Assembly (NCBI GenBank): GCA_949093475.1
Contig: CARXAY010000001.1
Location: 1-27,696 of the forward strand
DNA from: an uncultured Oscillospiraceae bacterium
GTDB lineage: Bacteria > Bacillota > Clostridia > Oscillospirales > Oscillospiraceae
Length of the DNA: 27,696 nt
Reading direction: 5' to 3'
Position numbers and translations under genes: made by a program. Of this stretch, positions 9,001 to 14,900 are shown piece after piece (positions within the stretch are counted from its first letter, which is position 1; each line of letters opens with the position of its first letter). The notes under the pieces were generated by a model, which had not been told where the DNA came from, ran no database searches, and saw nothing but the letters and a program-made list of their open reading frames with translations.

Positions 9001-11910
9001 GATATAGATATCATAGGTTTCCGGCCCGGCGGTGCCCGAATAAACGCCCGTGTCACCCTTTGTCAGCCCGGTTACCCGCTTTCCATCCTTATAGAGGGCC
9101 ACCTCGCCATCGGCATTTACCGGCGCATCGCTTTCGTCTGCGTCCACGAAGATCGTCACCTTCGCCGTGCCGTCCGCCGCGCCGAAGGTCACCACCAGAG
9201 GATTCGTGTTCGATGCGGTAAACTGCATGTCTCTGGTGTTTTTGTCTTCGCCGAGCTCAAGCCGCCATATTGTGTTCTCCCCCGCTTTCGCTGTCCCTAC
9301 GGCGATCTTGTCCTTGTCGGCATCGCTGGGATAGTTGAGCTTGGACAGGGTATCGCCCTCGGCGACGCCGCCGCGCACCGTAACCTTACTATCCAAGTCC
9401 ATGGGGTAGTAAAGGACGGTCGTCCCGGCTTCATTGTTGGCCGCACCAGTCACGGTGACGTTGCCCTCGGCGCGCGCTGGGTTCTGGTCGTGGGGCAGAA
9501 TGAGGGTGCTGCCCGCTTTGGTCGTGCCCGCCACCTTGGGGATCACGCCGGCCAGCTCGATCACATAGTTATAGTCTGTGCCCTCTACCTTAGGCAGATT
9601 GGCGGTGTTGACCGTCGTCACTTTTACGCCGTTGATAACCAGATTGTATTTGCCCTCAGCAGACGGCGTAATCGTCCACGCAAGCTCCGTGCCCTCCTGC
9701 ACCGTTATATTATTCGTTTTCCAGTCGCCCGTTGTGTCCACCGTTGCGCTGGCCGACCCCAGTGTGATGGCGAACACATGCTCGATGCTGCGGTCGCCGG
9801 GCTTGGCAATTGAGTTCTCGCCGAGGTCTTTGCCGCCGAAGGTGGTGACCAGCTTGATTTGCTGCAGGTAGTTGGCCACCACGTCGGTGTCGGCGCTCAG
9901 GCCGGTCACCTGACCGGGGGTAGCTGCCGAGGATGGACGTTCCAGCGGCAACGTCGTATCGGGCTTATTCAACGAGGTGCTGCCGGTCACCCCTGTCCAG
10001 TGGGAGAAACCGGTTTTGGTGGCGTACACGCCCACGTCAGCCTGTTCAGGGTAGTAGTTGTACGCCACTTTTTTGACTTCGTAGATATCCGCCACGGTGG
10101 CATCCCACATATAGCTGCCCAGCTTGCGGGTGGCGTCATGGGGCTCGTTGTCGGTGACGTTGACCGCATACATGGGCACTTGCACGGTCGCGTTATCCGC
10201 CTTTGTCACTTGGTTGGTTAGCACGCCATCCACATAGATGCCCTTGCTGATGCCCACGGTGACATTGGCCGGCAGCTCATAATAACCGGCTACGTTCCAC
10301 GCCAGTTCCTGTGAGCCGGCAGTGCCGATCTTGCCTACGGACACTCGGTGCTGCTTGAGTTCAGCGGCGTCGGCATAGTTGGTGCTGTCCCGGCTGTCCA
10401 TGATCGTGCCCTTGTTGGCTTCGACGGTGGGGTCGATCAGGTCTGTTCCGTGGACAAGCTGCACCTTGGGCCGGGTGGTGGGTGTTTTCACCCAGCGGAT
10501 GCCCGCCGTGTCCGAGCCGGTGGCTTCCGGGCCTGCGGTGGTGGTCGCCGTGATCATGTAGCTGCTCCAGAAGTTATAGTGGGCAGCACCCGTATTGTTG
10601 CCTACCTTAATGCCGTCAAACCCGTTTCTGATCGCTTTAGCATCGTCCGAGCTATACGTGCCTGCCACATAAATGGTCGTAGAACTGTTTTTGGGAACAC
10701 TGATGCCCGTCAAGGTCGATTGTGTCTGCACGTTTGTTCCGCTCGACACAATTCCATTATTACTCAGTGTCCCGTCCCATTTTTTGTTAGTGCCGCTGTC
10801 TTCATTTCCCAACAATCCGTAGACGTACGACAGGTTCTGCTGTATTGCCGCAGCCACGTAATATCCATTCATGGACGACATCGCGGATAATTTCACACCG
10901 GATGCGTCCTCAATGTTGGTGTTCTTACCGTACAGAGCCGGTTCTGTGGGGGACACCGCTTCCCGCTTAATTTTCACGGTCACCGTCATATTGGTGTCCG
11001 TGGTGTTGGTGAGGGTGACCTCGGTGAACAGCTGTTCGCCCCAAGCAGTATCGCTGGCAAGCGTTTTACTTTCATCTGCATAGTAACGGAATCTCGTCCG
11101 CGCCACCGCGTCCTTCGTCTCGATCTCCACCTTGAGGGGCTGGGCGGAAATGGGGAGGTCAAGTTGGCCGTGGCCCATGCCGCTTGTGCCATGGAAAAAG
11201 ACCTCGAAAGGCAAAGTACCTCCCGTGATTTCAGTCGCTGTATCGGGTACATAAAACTTTTGGCCTGCCGACCAGAAATCAGATAATTTTTGCAGTTGTT
11301 TTATGTCCCCATATGTGTTTTCAATACTTACTTTATCTGTGTCCGATATCTTTCCGTCTGCATAGACGCTTCCGTCCCATGCAATGCTAAGCGATGTAGC
11401 TATTTCCAAGTTATTCGTCCGCACCCAATAGAACGGCATATTAGCAAAAGATCCGTCTAAATACCCTTTTATGGTATTCAGTTCCTTATTCACGGCGCCA
11501 GTAAAGTACACATAGCCGTCAGTAATATATTTGGTAGTTTCAATAGACTCGTTGGGTGCCAATGTAAATTTAGGCACGATAAGAATGACAAAGTTATCAT
11601 CTGTGCCACTGTTTTTCGTCGCAGTCGCAAACACACCGCTTGTCACTCTTGAATCAACCGTTATATTTTCGGCAAACCCAGCAGTGTTCAGATCCGCAGG
11701 AGGATCACTGGGGTCGACGGGGTCGACGGGGTACTCCCCCCCGTCGTCGTGCTTCCCCAGCGTGTCCGTCACGCCGTCTCCCTCGCCGATCACAGGCTGC
11801 TCGGCGAACTCTTCCTCCCGCCGGGCGGCCCAAGCGGAGGTGGGGAGCGTCCCCATCACCATCAGCACCGCCAGCAGCATGGCCAGCCATCTTTGAAAAG
11901 TCTTTTTCAT
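1..11910 (-). CDS. Giant secreted/cell-surface repeat protein (>=3970 aa, 3' end beyond window); Thr/Val/Gly-rich beta-domain modules, some resembling InlB B-repeat and Ig-like domains; probable adhesin
   Basis: ATG at 11910 with AAGGAGG at 11925-11919. Signal peptide MKKTFQRWLAMLLAVLMVMGTLPTSAWA. Hand translation of 11910-8640 and spot checks down to base 1 show no stop. The ORF track reports no closed minus-strand ORF in this frame, and the long plus-strand ORFs (94-8655, 8674-9813, 9859-10221, 10348-10890) are all in its exact antisense register. Recurrent motifs such as TYDIYINGNDTG, TYKIYVNGVD and YAWSKW...ITLTAFF. Confidence 0.92.
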   Translation of the reverse strand, partial: MKKTFQRWLAMLLAVLMVMGTLPTSAWAARREEEFAEQPVIGEGDGVTDTLGKHDDGGEYPVDPVDPSDPPADLNTAGFAENITVDSRVTSGVFATATKNSGTDDNFVILIVPKFTLAPNESIETTKYITDGYVYFTGAVNKELNTIKGYLDGSFANMPFYWVRTNNLEIATSLSIAWDGSVYADGKISDTDKVSIENTYGDIKQLQKLSDFWSAGQKFYVPDTATEITGGTLPFEVFFHGTSGMGHGQLDLPISAQPLKVEIETKDAVARTRFRYYADESKTLASDTAWGEQLFTEVTLTNTTDTNMTVTVKIKREAVSPTEPALYGKNTNIEDASGVKLSAMSSMNGYYVAAAIQQNLSYVYGLLGNEDSGTNKKWDGTLSNNGIVSSGTNVQTQSTLTGISVPKNSSTTIYVAGTYSSDDAKAIRNGFDGIKVGNNTGAAHYNFWSSYMITATTTAGPEATGSDTAGIRWVKTPTTRPKVQLVHGTDLIDPTVEANKGTIMDSRDSTNYADAAELKQHRVSVGKIGTAGSQELAWNVAGYYELPANVTVGISKGIYVDGVLTNQVTKADNATVQVPMYAVNVTDNEPHDATRKLGSYMWDATVADIYEVKKVAYNYYPEQADVGVYATKTGFSHWTGVTGSTSLNKPDTTLPLERPSSAATPGQVTGLSADTDVVANYLQQIKLVTTFGGKDLGENSIAKPGDRSIEHVFAITLGSASATVDTTGDWKTNNITVQEGTELAWTITPSAEGKYNLVINGVKVTTVNTANLPKVEGTDYNYVIELAGVIPKVAGTTKAGSTLILPHDQNPARAEGNVTVTGAANNEAGTTVLYYPMDLDSKVTVRGGVAEGDTLSKLNYPSDADKDKIAVGTAKAGENTIWRLELGEDKNTRDMQFTASNTNPLVVTFGAADGTAKVTIFVDADESDAPVNADGEVALYKDGKRVTGLTKGDTGVYSGTAGPETYDIYINGNDTGTDIEITAGAEKEATVQYWTVSVSTDGNGKATVTANTKTALAVDGKTSAEASNATAASIVVIEGTSVTWAFGQANDYYEADKWDGGANHNDITATVGTDTVKSQKALFKKLKATVTIHVKKGDAAANFTDYGQEIKLTTSDKNETTNPVTLTETNDYTFTASLEAGETTYYIWATTNATGSTYKQVSSFTVPNATAIEKDVNYYTLTVAADTSKDSGATAGVAYGETAPGEGTTTSIVALSGGTAMVKAFPSGSNYAWSKWESSDKDTLAAPTTQSAQVTTVDKDITLTAFFTKPKYDTKLNLKLTGDPVAATNADITNIKLTVGANTYTIGTGDGKISYDETNKVWVAHGVTNVAGNNGTWTITTRNGDYTVPGEGDGGTAVEELFVVKTAAQSTYENSQADMTANNTNDLTRAIVEVGTDITNLAVDTKTGYTHSGWTVTGAANSEAVDFDNATFELTKKTTSEVTLTPTFTYIATIVPTVGNTDTVCDVNTVVLTAKDATNTNTTVGTPTKITAEGADKGKWTVTGLTIGTEYAIWVNGHKSDKTVTAIEKVKKVPMWTVSVATTTGGTVALTTTSKLSTTMPNGATYAGWTITATANTANGYRLGDAAGKVWKLTTGDTIGALSGDEIAAPTLSVPNPITGNIIATAYFTQQWTVKSTVDSASVSSTATLTDKDSGDGTKDSPSTKTIDNTKYVKVTFNRSAGETLDGWTLSNGGAGKWYVGTTPDAEGATWTDWATTAPTKAVESFYFKPSADSTITAAVKTKPYPVTITVLKDGEPYTGLDVELREGSNVHQTTESATTGGTYTVEVEAGKTYTVYTNGLAGSGDPEATSVTISFTVEQAEAAIKEDATAEQKAVLTREVKYWTITVETTGHGNASTKDGDRTAATDYTATPAKSSDSHIVENGHTISWGTANPETHYEFKSWQTQQTVDGELKWVDIATAAVPSTATAAHHLRARFGRKIATLIVTFRKNGVQDTYTGDNPYTLTVTSADVTQAGSTSTYTATVDQGVAYSITASRTGYVGGDYTTTFTATKADPDPVYVDYYDVTAKTFVKDGGTAADARGNAKLVWVKADNSTAELGHTDYKNEGGSGATTSFTATVLTGTKVQWQAYNAADNYSFANWDDNTNLTANPYPATAAAITSGPQEHTAYFTKDKYNTYLYLTVNGDAYGTAAADDDNIKSVKLVTAKNGETEVAGVTVEYVEAKTLWAAEGVPEANEPWWRVETVDGGVYYKEASRDDKSSDVAPVIDATGDTTKDKAVVREPLFGVVIERGAGNDTTATYTPTLQAQTGSEAKTRIVTEAEVAATVDLNKKSGYTWSKWLSKKSASPTNTDDLDTTNHGTSTTTTTADGTFALVKGYTAPTTGDDKDLHIKPVYTFTTTIVTKYKTDLTDVTKVEINDGTTTTTVNKETAGTGDHTGRYTASGLDPEKTYTIIVNGFPSTVTFDKDDAGEDVDVTIFKVTVEQEDKKDSTLTPDGKAYVKLGANATGASATSVYLPIGATTTTEATDETKVNLTAAVGDTNPVFRLYNKDNAATDNYDEILWNAAFTAPAGKTMTAAIATNTGTQTPNNLTIGGDDGMQADVTVTAYFLRQYDLTVSAVKEDKTTPATSKVNVTEKQGLGTSDLPANAAQSVTMSKVDEQTYVKVEFQKAVGETFIGWDFTAADGKLYTGVKNGAVDPDTEVAVAAAANNTTTTVYFVPAKDSAALKAVVKAATYNVKVTVKLDNTEYKNEDLKVELRGSDGKTIELFDEKDGNQTGVFTIPESVVTKASPEVTYKIYVNGVDLDATLGDNDYTEIAKDIYFTAKQAEGIKADGNPATTDEEKKELQANLEKTINYYHVNLAVNPANAGAVVNKVGFGSTMPNGSTGTASKIYLAKTVESANNGVQTIDIIAGAYDDNNKTHFRFDKWEQTGPNDGATTPTPITIGEFAHTTTQEQETYKLPNEATLTATNDDGSFKITTGNQLTLTATFVQQYKVKVQLKDSSLGSYAEAKQKKNAAATTYTEIEVNVDKGSSAYIKGTVTGVDYAFAQWSIKADNGKGKFANNETLGGEGVIGYLAEDTFTPEQDSILELELWQAGAISKDGWEYDKADATKSVAGSGELKKMLWTPNNGQTPTEVWVVKTADLTSTNKGTKLTENTHYTVTANADGTTTFEFDEAYLKGLDIASYTATFVYTLGAAGHKINYTGWTKTGAFSIKATKQDLTKVDIQVKDGELPETPDDVIHGSATANVDEEDRNAVRYEDHTVTNVPKADLLYQWYYSDKEIVRKIEGSSGLTVFKDDPAGTANAKTAMEKGEAFLTNATATYGIKKLDGQTADNLSIASNDTLKGKYVFALVWVDDSSDVAQGAVITNAISVDYDATVSVYEDGTDADHLIQEAQKDNYTVYLWDAASTETFPADPAATGSKAIPANYSATDKKYHTEDSNLNAKKTYHVYVQEVEGDKTHYLILGGNTPTTITRTTNTADVYYYTVTTEAVSKETSAKNNIADATAASGAPGETFDATPTFSAKTGNDTAIPSGNGVLQGSHVKANANKLEGKNVGWEQDYDLTWMNKGATGDYTDVTGTNKVQTSTTAVSVGYEHSQNLTGVLTISGRLTQNTYTLTGIIRDVNNTGSPTGGKVASATLTKGEGDAAVKYNHTSITLSGFNNGVVSFVVPRGTYKLNSVEASDSTHKGHWNGGADKVWPLGHLNDAEAGEVTLAELTAQTPNATVADQFTIYVAATLRQTRLTDSDNNHDTGDVSRTDVAVRTAHTAGTDETPSKDLIVFNYDPIDKVVTVTNTGNTTLKLKSVLTKKGLTAADTTFAAVTLTNGADTNGVTFKYTHTVAADGTETTLTTPEALTTDATGTGAEFTLQPGEARKVTIHITDKLENADDVTYRLDFTSVDGRPVEAPATPAKGPTVGYTLNIEIKPITIRRVTAEDVKGTFKVQHHWLMDDALNNNQPDTDATYSAGGEAHTWAAETLKEGGKKTLMDKLVKQGQTVDGVVA

Positions 11911-11918
11911 CGTCTTAT

Positions 11919-11925
11919 CCTCCTT
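11919..11925 (-). promoter_or_regulatory. Shine-Dalgarno AAGGAGG of the giant gene, overlapping the TAA stop of the upstream gene
   Basis: Minus strand reads CCT TAAGGAGG ATAAGACG ATG; stop at 11926-11924, ATG at 11910. Confidence 0.85.
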
Positions 11926-14900
11926 AAGGAATCTTCCAAGCCCACGGGGCATTGCCTTCGGTCTCCAGCCACGCCTTACACGTGTCATAGTCGGGAAGGG
12001 CTTCTCCGCCTGCTGTTAGCTCGGTATAGTGAGAAAGGACATACTGGAATTCATACCACGAGGCATCCGCGCCCTTTCCGAATCCATCCAGCACAGATAT
12101 TACATTATATAGCGTGTCAGCCCACGAATCATCAAAGAACGTTCCCGGATCAAGCTCATTTTTGCTCTCGTCCCTCAACAACAGCGTGTCGCTCAAATAC
12201 GTCTGGTCGATGGTCATGCCCAACAGAATGGAATCGTCCCAATTGATGGCGTATTCATAGGCCGCGTTGATGAAGTTGTTCCATTCCGTCGCGTCCGGGG
12301 CTTTGGGTACCCACTTCGGCCCTTCGTCGTCGTCCGGCTTTTCGTCGTAGGTGAACCACCAGTAGTCGTCCTTGTCGCCGTGAATGACCTCCGCCTTGAC
12401 CTCGTCGTCGGTCTTGTAGACCTTGTTGAGGAGCAGATATTGGAGCTGGTAATTGGTCATGTTGGACACTTTTTCAAAGGTAAGGGTGGCTTCGGCGTCC
12501 GCCGCCGCCTTCATCGCGTTACGCAGGCTGGTCTTGAAGCGGTCAATACTTTCATATGCGCCGCCGTCTGCGTTCTGCCGCATGGCGAGACCTTTTTGAA
12601 TGTCGTAGGGCCTCTGAGTAATGTAGTCCAGATCGACAATTTGGTCCATCGCGTCGGGGGCGGTCTCCAGCGCGCCGTCATCGTCCGCGTCGAAGCCCAA
12701 GGCGGCGATCCATGCCGCCTGCGCCAGCGTGGCGTGGGTGTCCGCCTTGAAGCCGCTGCCCTGCCACCAGTAGTCGGTGGTGATGCTGCTGGCGGGGGCG
12801 TAGGGGTTGCCCAGAAGGATGTTTTGCAGCTCCTTTGTCAGGTCGGCCGCGCTCTGGGCAGAGAAGGTGTCGATGGAGTAGGGCCAGCCGCTCGTTCCAT
12901 TGGTGATGGCGTCAAGCACCGCTTGCTTCAAGGCCGCCTGCGTCTCGTCGGTATACGGGATGCCGTGGACTTCCGCGCGGAGCTTGAGGCGTTCCATAGT
13001 GGCCGCGTCCAGCTGCTCCAGCGGGTCGAAAGTAAGCGTGACCGGCGGGTCGCCCACGCCGTCCTTCGCCCAGTAGGCGTAGGTCAGCAAGTCCATGATG
13101 TCGCCGATGCGCTGGGACGCGCTGGGGACGTGAGGCTCGGGAATCCACCAGTAGTTGCATTTTATATCGCTGCTCCCGTCCTTGATCGCATCCGTGCTGG
13201 GAATGGGCTTGTTCACCAGCTTGGAGGCGTTGAGGAGGAGGTACTGGAACTGATAGATGTCCAAGGCGTACGTTCCGCCGGTCTTGAGCAGCTCGCCGGT
13301 GACCGGGTTTTCAAAGTCGGCTTTGTTGGTGACGTAGCCCAGAACCTCCATGGCGGTTTTCAGGGCGTTCTTGAACTGGGTCTGGCTGGTGAAGCCGCTG
13401 CCCGCCGCGGTGCGGCGGATGTAGACCTCGTTGTTGATGGGGTTGACGCTCTTGGCGATCAGCTTGTCCAGCTTGGTGGAATCGGCGTAGCTACTCGCGC
13501 GCCACTCGCTCACCGCGTCCATCAGCTTTTCATAGGTCAGCTTCGGCAAACCGCCGTCGCGCCACCAATAATTGGTGGTGGCGAGGACGGTGGTGGCGTC
13601 CGCGTATGTGCCGGTGATGAGGGCGTATTGGATCTCTTGCCAAGGAATGGTGTTCCAGTCCTTGGGGAGGTCGTAATGATCCTTCAAGACCCGCAGCGCC
13701 TGTATCCACTTGTCCTTGAATTCCTCTACGTCGGCAAAGGCGTTGTCGTCCTCGTCGGACTCCGCTTTGCGGAACCAGCCCACGTTGGGCGGCGTGTTCG
13801 CGGTGGTGGGCCGCTCGTAGCTGATCATGTCCTGAACCGCGTTGGGCAGGTTGATGTTGGTCATGCCGTTCAGCGCGTCGGGCACGGCGTTGGTCACCAC
13901 CAGCATACCGGCTTCGATCCAGTCCTGCCATGTGTTCACAGGCCGCGTGCCGCCGTTCCACCACCAATAGGTTTGGCCCGTGGTGGGGTATGTCCCGGTG
14001 ATGATGATCTCCTGAACCTGCTCCTCGGTCAGCTTCTTCATGTCGTCCTGACTGAGGTTTGCCGCCGCCAGTTTGTCGTAGACCGTTTTCAGCGCGTCGT
14101 ACACCTCTTGACGGGTCTTAAACGGCCGGCCGTCCTTGTCCTTGCGGAACTTGTTCAGGTAGCCGTCCAACAGGGGCGGAGTGCCGTTCTTCAGGTCGTC
14201 CAAGGCATCCTTCGCCGGGTGCTTATCCCCTGTCTCGTCCTTGGCCTTGTCCATGGCCACGAAGATGTCGCCCAGATTGGTGATGTCCACCTTCACTTCC
14301 GCGGCACACTCGTCCAGACGACACCACGGGAAACCAGCGCACTGATCCTCCGACCACAGCACGCCGGGCGTCCCGTTGCCCGTTCCGGAGTAAATGCCGG
14401 CCACCGCGCCATTCGCCTGCATGCACATCAAGATGTGCCGCTGGATCTGGTGCCAGCCCAGCGTCACATCTCCTGTTTTCGAGTCGATGGAGACCCCGTC
14501 TTTGTAGAGCCGCGTCACAAGATCTTGGAAATAGGGGGTAATTCTACTGTAGTTACCCCATGTAAATTCCGTTCCTGTCATATCAGAGCGCAGATTCAAA
14601 TCATCAACCGTATACTTTGTGATATGTATTGACAATTCGCCATCTTCGCCCTTGGCCGTTAATGTCGCTTCATGCAACAAGGTATTCATAGTAGCCTGAA
14701 GGATAAATCCATCTGTTCCCTGCCGATCTGGATATTCCGCATTATCATAATCGAAATTTGTCTTCAAATTTAATTCGCCGCCAGCAGAACGCTGCTTTCC
14801 GTTAGAAATATTTGCCTCATAAATGTCAAATAAGACATAATCAACTTTCCACAGCACGCCACCTGTGGTAATATCAATATTTAATATGTCATTATTATTC

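Noticed and set aside
94..10890. Very long plus-strand ORFs (2853 aa at 94-8655; also 8674-9813, 9859-10221, 10348-10890)
   Set aside because: They lie in the exact antisense register of the giant minus-strand gene and stay open only because that gene avoids TTA/CTA/TCA codons; their Val/Gly/Arg/His-rich composition is typical of shadow ORFs.
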